Assembly (NCBI GenBank): GCA_963695555.1
Contig: CAVOGR010000002.1
Location: 32,001-96,000 of the forward strand
Source: an uncultured Gemmatimonadales bacterium
Lineage (GTDB): Bacteria; Gemmatimonadota; Gemmatimonadetes; Gemmatimonadales; GWC2-71-9
Direction of reading: 5' to 3'
DNA: 64,000 nt
A program made the translations under genes and the position numbers. The notes beneath the pieces are model-generated. The model was given only the letters and a program-made list of their open reading frames with translations. It had not been told where the DNA came from and did not search any database. Positions 48,642-59,138 of this stretch are shown here, one piece after another (position 1 is the first letter of the stretch; each line of letters begins with the position of its first letter).

Positions 48642-48691
48642 CCTACCGCCAACCGTCCACTCCTCACTTCTTACTTCTTACTTCTTCCTCC

Positions 48692-51600
48692 TTACTCCTT
48701 CCTCTTCACTTCCAACAACCACCCCTTCCCCGGTTCGACCGGGATCGCCTGATCGATGTCGAAGCTCCGGGCTTCCTGGAACCCTTCGACCGCGGGTGCG
48801 CTGATGCTCGCCGCTCGTGGGTCGATGCCCAACGCATCCCAATCGATTTGGAGTCGGACCTGGACCGGCGACTCGGCCCAACTGGCCAACGCCACGAGTG
48901 CAGCACCGTCCTTGAGGTAGGCCGTCGCGAGCAGGTCTTCCCGTCCGGTTCGCACCGGGCGATCCGGCACCCAGTAACCCACCATGCGGGTGCTCTGTAT
49001 GCCGAACGCGTCCCAGAGCTTCCAGAGCGGCCGCGGGTCGCCGGCCCACGGCAGCCGGCTGGTCATGCCGTAGACCATGCCGCGCCACGGGTTGCCGCCG
49101 TCCTGGAGCATCTCTCCCATCAGTCCAAAGGGGATGCCGGACATTTCCACCAGCCAGAACTCCGGGGGCGCGTCGTAGTCGAAGTACTCGCCGAACCAGA
49201 GCCGGTTGATAAACGGAAAGTGCTCCAGGTAGAGGTTGGCGCTGTTGGCGAAGCCGTCGCGCTCGTTGAACTGGTTGGCCGAGTGGAGGTCGATGAGGGC
49301 GCCCGGGCGATTCCGGTCGAGGACCTTCCGAACTCGTTTCATAATCGAGCGATCGAACGCCACGTCATCGATGTAGAGTCCGTCGATGCCGACGTTTCTG
49401 ACCAGCCAGTTCAATCCCTCGACATAGTAATTGTGCCAGCGTGAGATCCCGGTGTTGACGATGGCGGCGTCCTTGATCCGCGGCACGTGCCACGCCGCGA
49501 TGTAGTTGCCGTCCAGATGTTCCTGCAGCCAGGAAAACCCGCCGCCCTCGCCGGGAGAGAACACCTCGTCACCCAGGCTCTTCAAGGCGAACAGCTCAGG
49601 CGCCTTGTTGGTCAGCTCGCGAACGGTGTAGTAGATCTTGACCTTCATCCCGCGCGCATGGGCGTCGTCGATATAGGCCTTCATCTCCGCGGGGCGAAGG
49701 AAGGGGTAGTTGATCCACGGGTTGATCTCGGTCGCGTGATGCACGTTGATCGTGTTGGCACCCGTGAGCGCCACACTGTCGAGTGGCTCGAATGCATGGA
49801 AGTACCGGGTGGCCCATTGCGCAGGCGTATCGATCGGCTTGAAGGGTGTCAACAAGAGCAGGAAGTCGTAGCGTTGCACCTCGCCGGCGCGGAACGTCCG
49901 CGGCCCGCTGTAGCAGGTGACCAGGTAGGTGTCCTCGTCCCGGTCGCGGAAGCGGCACCCACCGCGGCCGCCATTGTGCCAGGACGCCGGCATCACCAGC
50001 GGCTTCGACAGGTAGAAGTTGGTGTTGAGCGGACGCGAGTACTTGTCGTCCTTGAGCCGAAACTGAAGCCCGGCGTTCACGTCGCCGATCCAGGCCCCGT
50101 CCTGGTTGTGCTGCACCTGCCAGGTCCAATCGAACGTGGCTGGGGCGAAGCCTCCCTTGAGACCCATGCCCATGGCGTACCGTGCCACGTCTTTCCGGAT
50201 GGGGATCTCGAGCCGGATGTCGCGCACGCTGGTTTCGACGGCACTCTGGAGCGCCACGGTAAACTCGATGTTGCCATCGAATTCCATTTCGGCGTGGAGA
50301 TCCATCACTACCGGCCCGGCCTTGCTCTTCGACTCCCAGGCGGCGGCGCCCTCGGCCTGCTTCACGAACACGATGGGACTGCCCTCCCAGGGAATCGGGC
50401 GACCGTCCTGGCCTTCGATCACCAGGGCCACGGGACCTCGCAGCAGGTCCCGCCCACGGTCGACCAGTCGCGTCATCTCGGGGGCGAAGAAGCTGGTGAT
50501 TTGGACGGGCAGGCCGTGCAAGCCGAGGGTCACCTTGCGTCCCAGGACGGACACGGTGCCGCCCCGGACCTCGACCTTGGTGTACGGCGGCACGAGCCCG
50601 TCGTCCTCGGCCAAGCGAGAGTCGAGCCAGCGCAATCGAGCGAGCCGCCAGGGTTCGTCGTCGCCCGAGCTGTGCAGCAAGAAGCGGGTCACGTCGATCT
50701 CGAGATCGACGGTGGTTTTCGCCAGTCCCACCGGCGCGACGGTCAGTTGGCCGCGGTACAGCCCGGCCGCCGCGGAATCGGGTATGCGGACGCCGCACCA
50801 GAGCGGTTGCACCGTGCCCAGGTCGACCGTGACCCGCTTAGTGAAGGGCCTGCCCCGCCAGTCGACCCCTCCCAGGTTGATACACCGGAAGGCCGAGGCT
50901 GGAATCACGTAGCCGGCGCGTGACGTGGTGAGATCGCCGAATTCAACCCGCACATCATCGATGCGCTGCCGCGCGGCGTAGATGCCGAGTTGGAACGGGT
51001 AGAATTCCCCTCGCTGTGCCGTGCCTTGAAACGGAAGCCCGGCCTCCGTCTGCGTCCATTTGTGGGGCAGGTCGCCGTGCATCCGGATCGGCAGCGAGCG
51101 ATCCTCCGGAAACACGAGGTAGGGCGTGTCGGGATACCGTGCCACGAGCGCCTGCATCTCCGTCCTGGTCGCGATTACTTCCATCGGGTAGAAGCTGTTG
51201 AACTCATCCACTGATTGGAGCTCGACGACCTGCCCGCGGGGAAACTCGCTGAGCCGGTCTCTCACGGCAGACGGTACCACGAGCCCGTGACGCTCGAGCC
51301 AGCTGGAGTCGGCCGGCACTGCAGGGGGCGGATAGGTGATCTTCGGGTAGTTCGATCGGACGGTGCCCGTGTAGGGCAGGTAGTAGACATAGTACTGGCC
51401 TGGCGCGATCACGGGCTGGAACACGAGGTCGCCATATTCGCGATTGATCGCGATGCGGGCGACGTTCCGGATCCGCGCACCGCTTCCCGCGTCGACAATG
51501 ATGATGTTCTTCTTTTCCGGCTCGAGGTCCCGGCGACGCCACGGAATGCGCACCCAGACGGCATCGACGTCGTTTGTGACGCGGACCACCGCCCGGTGGT

Positions 51601-51712
51601 TGCCGAACGAATCGGGCTCCCACGTGCCGGTGCCGTAGCTGGGAACCTGAGCGACTGCGATACCGGAGAGCGTCGCCAGAGCGAAGGCGGCAGTGAGTAT
51701 GAGACGTTTCAT
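48692..51712 (-). CDS. Secreted putative glycoside hydrolase (DUF6067-type)
   Basis: Signal peptide, GNHRAVVRV..PWRRRD, HHATEINPWINYPF, DGLYIDD, LWFGE. Confidence 0.72.
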   Translation of the reverse strand: MKRLILTAAFALATLSGIAVAQVPSYGTGTWEPDSFGNHRAVVRVTNDVDAVWVRIPWRRRDLEPEKKNIIIVDAGSGARIRNVARIAINREYGDLVFQPVIAPGQYYVYYLPYTGTVRSNYPKITYPPPAVPADSSWLERHGLVVPSAVRDRLSEFPRGQVVELQSVDEFNSFYPMEVIATRTEMQALVARYPDTPYLVFPEDRSLPIRMHGDLPHKWTQTEAGLPFQGTAQRGEFYPFQLGIYAARQRIDDVRVEFGDLTTSRAGYVIPASAFRCINLGGVDWRGRPFTKRVTVDLGTVQPLWCGVRIPDSAAAGLYRGQLTVAPVGLAKTTVDLEIDVTRFLLHSSGDDEPWRLARLRWLDSRLAEDDGLVPPYTKVEVRGGTVSVLGRKVTLGLHGLPVQITSFFAPEMTRLVDRGRDLLRGPVALVIEGQDGRPIPWEGSPIVFVKQAEGAAAWESKSKAGPVVMDLHAEMEFDGNIEFTVALQSAVETSVRDIRLEIPIRKDVARYAMGMGLKGGFAPATFDWTWQVQHNQDGAWIGDVNAGLQFRLKDDKYSRPLNTNFYLSKPLVMPASWHNGGRGGCRFRDRDEDTYLVTCYSGPRTFRAGEVQRYDFLLLLTPFKPIDTPAQWATRYFHAFEPLDSVALTGANTINVHHATEINPWINYPFLRPAEMKAYIDDAHARGMKVKIYYTVRELTNKAPELFALKSLGDEVFSPGEGGGFSWLQEHLDGNYIAAWHVPRIKDAAIVNTGISRWHNYYVEGLNWLVRNVGIDGLYIDDVAFDRSIMKRVRKVLDRNRPGALIDLHSANQFNERDGFANSANLYLEHFPFINRLWFGEYFDYDAPPEFWLVEMSGIPFGLMGEMLQDGGNPWRGMVYGMTSRLPWAGDPRPLWKLWDAFGIQSTRMVGYWVPDRPVRTGREDLLATAYLKDGAALVALASWAESPVQVRLQIDWDALGIDPRAASISAPAVEGFQEARSFDIDQAIPVEPGKGWLLEVKRKE

Positions 51713-51749
51713 GGCAGGATCGAATCTCGTGTGAATAAAAGGAAATTGG

Positions 51750-53672
51750 CTACGGTGTCCGGCCGCGTCTCAACCGCTCGATCATGAGTTCGTGCGCGAC
51801 GCCGACAAAACTCTGTTCGCTCACCAACCCGACGAGCTTCCCGTGGGAGACGACCGGGAGGGCGGAGACTCGCTTGGCGCTCATGAGCTCGATGGCCTCG
51901 ATCGTCGGCATGTCCGGTGGAACAGTAATGGGATCTGCGTACATGATCTCCCGCACCGCCATGGTGCCTTCGTTGGGAATGCCGCCCTCGGCCAAGAGCC
52001 GAATCAGGAGCCGGTACGAGACGATCCCAACCAACTGATGGTCATGGTCTTCCACCAGCACATGTCGGAGTTGCTTCCGATCCATGACGAAGGCGACCCG
52101 ATCAACCAGTTCGTCTTCGCTGACGGTGAAGAGATCGGTGTCCATGAACTGCTCGATGCGGGCGTAGGCCTCTTCCCAGCCGGCCGACTCATCCAGGCGG
52201 GCCAACGGCCATTCGTGGACCGGCGCCCGCGTCTCCTGACGGGCCACGGTTGCGGCCGTAAGCGCCGCGAGGTGCTCGGCCGTGTTGCCCTTTCCGCTCA
52301 TCGCGGCCAGCGACTCCAACAGCCAGCTGGCACCGACCCGCCGGCTTGCGACCCGCGCGTCGATGACGCCGAGGTAGCGGTCGATGTCCGACGAGTCGAC
52401 CGCAACCGACTCGAGGCCCGCACGCGCCAGCGGCAAGAGCTGGGAGAGGATCAACTCGGGCGCGGTCACCATCTGCCCATCGATCCAATTGAAACCGGCC
52501 TTGAGTCCCAACCGACCGGCCGCCACGAAATTCGCTTTGGCATCCGAGAAATCCAGCCGGTGGGAAATGTCCCCGAGTTCTTCAGTGGCGCCCAGCATGA
52601 GCCCGGCCCAAAAGGCGGCGTTGGCCACTTCATCGAGCACCGAGGGACCTGCGGGCAGCAGTCGGCACTCGATCCTCAGGTGGGCATGGCCGTTTCCGAT
52701 GCCGTAACAGGCGCGGTTCCAGGTGTAGACCGTGCTATTGTGGAGACGCAGTGCCTGGAGCTCGGGCGCTCGCCCCGCGTCGATCTCGCGCATGGAGTCT
52801 TGGGTGACCGGCGTGGCCATGAGAACCGGGAATCGGGCGACGTCCTCCTGGAACACCTCGAGCACGCTCTCCTTGACCCATCGCTCCCCGAAGCGCACCC
52901 GTGGGCTGAGTTCGCGGGCGTGTACGCTCGCTCGCCGGGTATCGATGGACTGCCGGAAGAGGGCGATCCGCGTCTCCATCCAGAGCCGCCGCCCGAAGAG
53001 CAGCGGCGAATTCACCGCCGCGGCCAACACCGGCGCCGCAATCGCCTGGGCCATGTTGTAGAACCGGGCGAATTCCTCGGCGCTGACCTGGAGGTGGATC
53101 TGGAAGCTGGTATTGCAGGCTTCGAGCATGACGTTGTCGTGCTCGACGTGTAATTCGTCGGCGCCCTCGACATGGAGATGGAGCGGTCCGCCGCGGAGTC
53201 GGCACGTGGCGTCATTGAGCGCTTGGTACCGGGGCCGCGGGCTCATGTTGTCCAGTCGCAGATCGGACTTGGACAGGGTCGGCAGAATGCCGGTCAGGAC
53301 GACCTTGGCATGAGCCTCGTGGGCGGCAGCGCCAAGCATGGCGAGCAGCGAATCGAGCTCATGTTCCATCGCCCCGAAACACCCGCCCGCGAGGGGGGAG
53401 GGGCTGAGATTCGTCTCCAGATTGAACCGCGCCAGCTCGGTCGTGAAGCGCGGGTCATTCAGGGTCTCCAGTATCTCCAAAGCGACCGGCGCGGGCTTCC
53501 AGGCACGGTCGACCAGAAAGACTTCCTGCTCCGCCCCGATCCGACGTTGTCCCGATTCGATCATGCCAAGCGACAGCAAGCGTTCGAGCGCGTTGAGGTC
53601 GCTCAGGAGATGCCGCGTGAATTTCCGGATAGCCTCGGGGGAAAGATCCGGCTGAACGTCCTGCTGGCCCAC
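51750..53672 (-). CDS. Glutamate-cysteine ligase (GCS2) family protein with C-terminal CBS pair
   Basis: RIGAEQE, ELARFNLE, EACNTSFQIHLQV, NSPLLFG, HLRIECR; CBS tandem at the C-terminus. Confidence 0.88.
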   Translation of the reverse strand: MGQQDVQPDLSPEAIRKFTRHLLSDLNALERLLSLGMIESGQRRIGAEQEVFLVDRAWKPAPVALEILETLNDPRFTTELARFNLETNLSPSPLAGGCFGAMEHELDSLLAMLGAAAHEAHAKVVLTGILPTLSKSDLRLDNMSPRPRYQALNDATCRLRGGPLHLHVEGADELHVEHDNVMLEACNTSFQIHLQVSAEEFARFYNMAQAIAAPVLAAAVNSPLLFGRRLWMETRIALFRQSIDTRRASVHARELSPRVRFGERWVKESVLEVFQEDVARFPVLMATPVTQDSMREIDAGRAPELQALRLHNSTVYTWNRACYGIGNGHAHLRIECRLLPAGPSVLDEVANAAFWAGLMLGATEELGDISHRLDFSDAKANFVAAGRLGLKAGFNWIDGQMVTAPELILSQLLPLARAGLESVAVDSSDIDRYLGVIDARVASRRVGASWLLESLAAMSGKGNTAEHLAALTAATVARQETRAPVHEWPLARLDESAGWEEAYARIEQFMDTDLFTVSEDELVDRVAFVMDRKQLRHVLVEDHDHQLVGIVSYRLLIRLLAEGGIPNEGTMAVREIMYADPITVPPDMPTIEAIELMSAKRVSALPVVSHGKLVGLVSEQSFVGVAHELMIERLRRGRTP

Positions 53673-53829
53673 AAGCCACCTCCTTCGTCAGGGGAAGGTG
53701 GCTCGGAGCCGGGCAGTGCGCCAGGGATGGCGCGAGCGAAAACGGCAAAGCCTCGGCGTCGGAATCCGAACGCGAGGCCTTGTGTGTGGGACGACCGCCT
53801 ATCGGCGATTCGGTCTGGTCAGGACCAGC

Positions 53830-54051
53830 TCAGTAGCACTCGTCGCAACAGGCCATGCAAAGCCCGGGCGTGTCACAGTGTTCGGCCGATAGGGTTTCGC
53901 CGCAGCGGACACACAGCATGCCATCGGGTTCGCGCGCAATCTCCGACACGCCGGACGCATCGGGTGCATCGAACGGGTACCCGCAGCCGGGGCAGGCCGT
54001 GGCCATATGTGAAATCGTGCGGGCGCACTCAGGACATTGAACGAGGGTCAT
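53830..54051 (-). CDS. Small Cys-rich zinc-ribbon protein (73 aa)
   Basis: GGAG SD; MTLVQCPECARTISHMATACPGCG...CVRC...CMACCDECY. Confidence 0.7.
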   Translation of the reverse strand: MTLVQCPECARTISHMATACPGCGYPFDAPDASGVSEIAREPDGMLCVRCGETLSAEHCDTPGLCMACCDECY

Positions 54052-54220
54052 AGCGATCTCCGCTTGGGCTTCCGAAGCTGAGCCTGCAAGACTCGCGCCT
54101 TGGGTGCAGAATGCGAAGTCCACGATGAAGGTGACATGAGGATACTCGGAGGATCCCTTCAATCTCGGCCGATTCCCTGGAACTGGCGCCCGGTCCAGCG
54201 ACCACCGCGCCACGAAGACC

Positions 54221-54814
54221 TCACCGCCAGCCCACCCGCCGAGCCCATTCTTCCTGCCGCCGCCGCCACTGGCCGAGGTCTGCCGGCGGGCCCGGCCCCT
54301 CCCTGAGGGTCTCCGCCTCCACCCTGCGGATCTCCTCAGCCAGCGGCGGGAGGTCCACATCGCGCCGCAGCTGGTCCACAGCGCGAGCATTCTCGAGCGG
54401 CCCCGGGCTCAACCGTCCGGCCTCGTCCCAGTCCAAACAGGTGCCGTAGCGCTGGGGCCGCCCTTCATTGAAGCGGATTCTGTCTTCCAGGCAGGCGGCG
54501 TGCTGGGCGGGGGCCTCCCCGCGGGCGACGGCTTCACGGAGGAGCGTCAGACACTTCCGTTGAAACGCGGGCAGGCTGATCGCGTGCTGGGCAATGATCC
54601 ACGCCGCTCGGCAGCCTTCGGACCCGACCGTCGACCGCTCGGGCCACCCCTCCGCTGCGAGGATCGTCTCCAGCTGGGCGGCATTGTCGAGATGCACCTG
54701 CTCCATTGCCGGGGCGTAGCCGCCGAACAACACCCCGTCTTTCGCGAGGCGTGCCCTGGTTTCTTGGTCACGGCGTTCTAGGCGGAGGAGTTCTAGAGTA
54801 AGATCGGATCGCAT
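54221..54814 (-). CDS. DUF6624 family protein
   Basis: GWP..VG..AAWIIAQH, LEDRIR..GRPQRYGT, VDQLRRDVDLPPL. Confidence 0.85.
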   Translation of the reverse strand: MRSDLTLELLRLERRDQETRARLAKDGVLFGGYAPAMEQVHLDNAAQLETILAAEGWPERSTVGSEGCRAAWIIAQHAISLPAFQRKCLTLLREAVARGEAPAQHAACLEDRIRFNEGRPQRYGTCLDWDEAGRLSPGPLENARAVDQLRRDVDLPPLAEEIRRVEAETLREGPGPPADLGQWRRRQEEWARRVGWR

Positions 54815-54898
54815 CGACCCTCGTTTGTGGCAATTCAGGCTCGGGTGTTAGCTTAGCGCCCCAAGGCGTCAATCCACAATCGTTCTCACGGAGCGGCC

Positions 54899-55762
54899 AT
54901 GATTCTAGTCACTGGATCGACCGGCACAATCGGTGGCGAGCTGCTGAGGCTCCTCGGCGAGCAGGACATCCCCTGTCGGGCTCTGGTGCGAACACCTAAC
55001 AAGGCCGAAGGCATGCGAGCGCGCCGAATCGAGGTCGTTGTCGGCGACTTCCAGGACCCGGCAAGCCTCGATCGAGCACTCGAAGGGATCTCGAGCCTCT
55101 TTCTCTTGAGCGCCGCCCACGAACGCCAGGCCGAACTGCAGCTCAACGCGATCGCGGCCGCCAGGCGCGCCGGCGTAGGGTACCTCGTCAAGGTGTCGGT
55201 GATCGGCGCCGCCCCCGATGCACCGATCAAGTTGGGGCGGGACCATGCAGCCGTCGAGCAGGGAATCCTCGACACCGGAATCACCGCGGCCATTCTCCGG
55301 CCTCATTCGTTCATGCAGAACATGCTTGGGTCGGCACCACTCATTACGCAACGTGGCGAGTTCTACGGCTCGACCGGCGATGCCAAGGCCCCGCTGATCG
55401 ACGCCCGCGACGTGGCGGCGGCGGCGGCCACGTTCCTGAGCCAACCCAGCGCTCGGACCGTGTCGCACACCTTGACGGGACCGGAAGTCATCTCGAACGA
55501 TGACATCGCGCACATCCTCGGCGACGTGATGGGGAAGCCGGTTCGGTATGTCGACATTCCCGGCGAGCAACTCAAGGCCGGGATGGTGGCCACCGGGATG
55601 CCCGACTGGTTGGCGACCGATCTCATGACCCTGAACGAGATGTGGGCCAGGGGCGTGGGACTGGAAGTCAGCAAGGCCGTCCCGAGCATAACCGGGCGGC
55701 CGGGCCGGACGTTCCAGGAGTTTGCGCGGGATTACGCGGCGGCGTTCCGGGGCGCGACGTAG
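54899..55762 (+). CDS. NmrA-like / atypical SDR NAD(P)H-binding oxidoreductase
   Basis: ILVTGSTGTIG, LRPHSFMQN, IDARDVA, LTGPE, ITGRPGRTF. Confidence 0.9.
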   Translation: MILVTGSTGTIGGELLRLLGEQDIPCRALVRTPNKAEGMRARRIEVVVGDFQDPASLDRALEGISSLFLLSAAHERQAELQLNAIAAARRAGVGYLVKVSVIGAAPDAPIKLGRDHAAVEQGILDTGITAAILRPHSFMQNMLGSAPLITQRGEFYGSTGDAKAPLIDARDVAAAAATFLSQPSARTVSHTLTGPEVISNDDIAHILGDVMGKPVRYVDIPGEQLKAGMVATGMPDWLATDLMTLNEMWARGVGLEVSKAVPSITGRPGRTFQEFARDYAAAFRGAT

Positions 55763-55769
55763 AAACGGT

Positions 55770-56654
55770 TCAAAGCTGCCGCGCCAGTGCGACCAGGTCG
55801 GCGGTCGTGCCCGAAGTGACGAAGGCGATCGTCCCGTTTCGGTCGATCAGGTAGACCATCCGGGTGTGCACCACGTCTCCCGTGGTCTCGTCCCTGGCCC
55901 GGGTCACGTTCCAGTGATCGAGCACTCCTTCGACTTGGTCGATGGTCCCGCTCAGCACGTGACCGCGGGCTCCGAGCTCCCACTGCTCGGCCAGCGCGGG
56001 CAGGCGGGTCGGCACGTCGCGCCACGGATCGAGTGTCACGACAAGAGCCACCGGATCGAGGTCCAATACCTCGTCGCACGCCCGAAGCACGTCGCGCACC
56101 ACGACCGGGCACACCGTTTCACAATGGCCGAACGCAAAGGTCACGAAGACCGGCCGGCCACGAAAAAGCTCGAGCGAGACGTCGTGACCGTACTGATCCA
56201 CCAGGCGTAGGCTCGGTGCGGCCCGATCGAGTCGGGGCGGAAGCGACGCAACAGCCTCGGACGCGACAGGAGGGTCGTCGAATGCGCCCTCTGCGGCCGA
56301 GGCATTCAGCACCCGTAGCGTGGCAGCGGTGAATCCGGCACCGAGCAAGAGCCCGAGCGCCCCCAACGCGATCCGCCCACCGAGCCACCCGCTCAGGCTC
56401 CTCACTCCGCCCTCCAGCGCCTCGCCCCAGAGGGCGAACAACACGCCGAACATGATGGTGGGTTGAAGTACGAGCGCGACCCACCCGGCGGCGTCGGGTA
56501 GGCCACCGGGGGCCGCTCCGAAGCAGACTTCCCGCGTGCGGGCGAGCCAGGTGGCGCTTGCCGTCGCGGGCCAAAGGGCCAGGGCCCACCAGACCACGGT
56601 GATGCCGATGAGGCAGGTGGCCGCCGCAAGCGCGGCGGCCTCACGCGACCGCAT
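55770..56654 (-). CDS. SCO1/SenC copper chaperone with extended N-terminal membrane domain
   Basis: FGHCETVCP (CxxxC), VVHTRMVYLID; three N-terminal hydrophobic segments. Confidence 0.9.
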   Translation of the reverse strand: MRSREAAALAAATCLIGITVVWWALALWPATASATWLARTREVCFGAAPGGLPDAAGWVALVLQPTIMFGVLFALWGEALEGGVRSLSGWLGGRIALGALGLLLGAGFTAATLRVLNASAAEGAFDDPPVASEAVASLPPRLDRAAPSLRLVDQYGHDVSLELFRGRPVFVTFAFGHCETVCPVVVRDVLRACDEVLDLDPVALVVTLDPWRDVPTRLPALAEQWELGARGHVLSGTIDQVEGVLDHWNVTRARDETTGDVVHTRMVYLIDRNGTIAFVTSGTTADLVALARQL

Positions 56655-56660
56655 GTACCC

Positions 56661-58355
56661 TCATCCGATCTTCCACAGGAAGGACAGGAGCTTCCAATTC
56701 ACGAAGTAGTACACCACGAACGCCGCGAGGAACACGAAGACCAGCACCATCGTCCCGCGTGAGGCGAGCAATGCGCCGCCGGCCGCGTCGCCTGCCGGCA
56801 GGGCACTCGGCGGATTCAGGATACCCGGCGGAAGCCCCCGGGTGGAACCTGCTTCCAGCTTCTTGCCGAAGAACACCGACCACACGGTCACCAGGATGAA
56901 GATCCCGCCACCTAGCGCGGCTAGGAGGCCGCCGATGGCCATGATGCCGATCAGGAGGTCGACCGCCGGAGAGAATTGGATGTCGAACGGCGCCTGGGCG
57001 AAGCTGATGTCCCAGTGCCGCCGCGGCACGCCGAAGGTGCCCGCGAAGGTCATGCAGATCGAAAAGATGAACATGCCGATGGCGAAGAGATACGGCTGGA
57101 TCTTGGCCAACGGCCAAAACGCGACCTCTTTTCGGAACACCAACGGAATCACGTAGTACGTCAGCCCCATGAAGGCGAGGGCCGTCCCGCTCACCACCGT
57201 GGCGTGGAAGTGGCCCGGAATGCGGAGGGTGTTGTGGGCGATGATGTTGATTTGCTCCGTGCCGAACGTGACGCCGGTGATGCCGCCGACAAATCCGAAC
57301 ACCACGACGGAGAACACCAAGGCACTGAACCCCGGATCGCCCCAGGGTGCTTTCCGGAGCCACTCGAATAAACCTTTGGTGAGCCCGCGCACCCGTTGCC
57401 CCAGTTCGATTCCTGCGGGGACGGTAAAGCCGTGGATCATGCTGGCGAGCACGGCCAGGTACATGGCATAGCTCGTGTTCCACACCTTCCAGGCTGGGCC
57501 CATGCCGGGATCGACCAGGAGGTGGTGCGCCGACGCCATGGAAATGAAGAGCACGTAGAGCACGAAGGCCGTGCGGCTGATCTTCTCGTTGATGACGACC
57601 GAGCCCACCGTCAACGCGCCCAGGAGGTACCACACCGACACCATGGCCGCCATGTTGATCTGCTGCGACGAGTGGCCCAGGCCCCACCAGACCAGCCGGT
57701 AGATCTGGGGATCCATATCCATCCAACCCATCGACCAGAAGAAGGTCGGGATGTAAGCCGCGGCCCCGTGCCCCAACGTGATGACCGCAATGATGGCCGC
57801 GGTCGTGGCACCGAAGGTGATGAGCGGCATCGAACCCTCGTAGGTCTTTTCCCGCTTCGCTACCACCAGCGTGCCGAAGAAGATGCCCACAACCAGCAAG
57901 GCACCGACCGCGAAGAGAATGACACCCAGGTAGAACAGCGGATCGGCCCGGAGCGGCACGTACGAGGTGAACAGGACGTCCGCCTTCCCCGCAATCATCA
58001 TCCACTCTACCATGACGGTTCCCAGCACCATGAGGCCGAAGGAAAACCATGCCAGCCGTGGAGCTGGGACGCGGCTGTTCAGAAGTACCGCGCTCGCGAA
58101 GTAGAGGATGGCCATCTCGAAGAACAGGATGAAGAAGATCAACATGTTCATCCCGTGAATGGTCAGCACGCGGTAGAACCACGTGGCGTCCAGTAGATGG
58201 ACCGCCTGCCACCGCGTCAGGAGGACGAGAATGGCCGCAATGCCACCGATCAGGAGCGTGACGGTGCCGGCGACCGCGTTGGCCTTGATGAGCGCGTCCG
58301 CCTGTGCGTGCACCTTGAGTCCCGTCGTGGGACAGACTCGGAAGTTCGAGTTCAT
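56661..58355 (-). CDS. Heme-copper oxidoreductase subunit I, B-family-derived, probable eNOR-type nitric oxide reductase
   Basis: All six His present (IHG, GH, AHH, HFH), but helix VI reads WWGLGHSSQQIN instead of GHPxVY. Confidence 0.85.
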   Translation of the reverse strand: MNSNFRVCPTTGLKVHAQADALIKANAVAGTVTLLIGGIAAILVLLTRWQAVHLLDATWFYRVLTIHGMNMLIFFILFFEMAILYFASAVLLNSRVPAPRLAWFSFGLMVLGTVMVEWMMIAGKADVLFTSYVPLRADPLFYLGVILFAVGALLVVGIFFGTLVVAKREKTYEGSMPLITFGATTAAIIAVITLGHGAAAYIPTFFWSMGWMDMDPQIYRLVWWGLGHSSQQINMAAMVSVWYLLGALTVGSVVINEKISRTAFVLYVLFISMASAHHLLVDPGMGPAWKVWNTSYAMYLAVLASMIHGFTVPAGIELGQRVRGLTKGLFEWLRKAPWGDPGFSALVFSVVVFGFVGGITGVTFGTEQINIIAHNTLRIPGHFHATVVSGTALAFMGLTYYVIPLVFRKEVAFWPLAKIQPYLFAIGMFIFSICMTFAGTFGVPRRHWDISFAQAPFDIQFSPAVDLLIGIMAIGGLLAALGGGIFILVTVWSVFFGKKLEAGSTRGLPPGILNPPSALPAGDAAGGALLASRGTMVLVFVFLAAFVVYYFVNWKLLSFLWKIG

Positions 58356-58936
58356 TGGACGCCCTCCTCAGCGACAGCCTCGGTGTTCAGCGCCGTGGTT
58401 GGCCCGTCGACCACCACGACCTTGCCGAGCATCAGGTGGTGGCCGATGCCGCAGAACTCGTTGCAGATGATGCGGAAATCGCCGGCCTCGGTCGGGGTGA
58501 CGCGCAGGCCGTAGTCGTAGCCGGGAACGATCTGGAAATTGATGTTCAACGGATAGAGACTGAACCCGTGATTCACGTCGAGCGACGAGATGTGCAGGGT
58601 GTATTGCACGTCCTTCTGGAGACGCAAGACCGGACGCCAGCTATACATCGACGCCGAGAGATAGATGTCGCTCCCAGGGGGAGGTTCGACGACCGGAATG
58701 CCTTGCTCGGTCCCGACCTGATACGTGCGGATGAACTCTTCCGTGCGGGCGCGGAACGCCTCCGGCTCCACCCGGCTCCGGATGCCGGACGGATTCTGTC
58801 CGCCGCGAACGTGCCACAGGGGCATCATGGCGAACAGCACCATGCACCAGACGAAAGCCACGATTACCCAAAGGCGCTCGGTCTTGTGCGCGGGCTTCCA
58901 CCAGATCCCCTTGGGGGATTGGACGCCTGTATTCAT
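58352..58936 (-). CDS. CuA-containing subunit II
   Basis: DVNHGF...CNEFCGIGHHLM CuA motif, one N-terminal TM; ATGA overlap with subunit I. Confidence 0.93.
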   Translation of the reverse strand: MNTGVQSPKGIWWKPAHKTERLWVIVAFVWCMVLFAMMPLWHVRGGQNPSGIRSRVEPEAFRARTEEFIRTYQVGTEQGIPVVEPPPGSDIYLSASMYSWRPVLRLQKDVQYTLHISSLDVNHGFSLYPLNINFQIVPGYDYGLRVTPTEAGDFRIICNEFCGIGHHLMLGKVVVVDGPTTALNTEAVAEEGVQ

Positions 58937-58952
58937 CGGTGTGCTCCGCCGC

Positions 58953-59126
58953 TCAGGGGAGGGTGGCCTTCGGGAGGGATGCGATCTCCCACAGGCCCCA
59001 CAGGGTGTAGAACAGGAGCATGACGACGATTCCGGCTACTAAGAGCAGGAACGGGTTGTCGTACAGCCGCTGGCCCAACGGAACTTCGGTCCCCGCGTCC
59101 GTCGTCCTTTCGTGATCATCCGCCAT
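58953..59126 (-). CDS. 57-aa single-TM protein, probable small accessory subunit (not in the ORF track)
   Basis: AGGAGG SD; MADDHERTTDAGTEVPLGQRLYDNPFLLLVAGIVVMLLFYTLWGLWEIASLPKATLP*. Confidence 0.8.
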   Translation of the reverse strand: MADDHERTTDAGTEVPLGQRLYDNPFLLLVAGIVVMLLFYTLWGLWEIASLPKATLP

Positions 59127-59138
59127 CGTGCGCCTCCT

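Noticed and set aside
56661..58355. Calling the gene cbaA (ba3 oxygen reductase)
   Set aside because: Cross-link Tyr is absent and one K-channel-equivalent Tyr is replaced, so the symbol was withheld.
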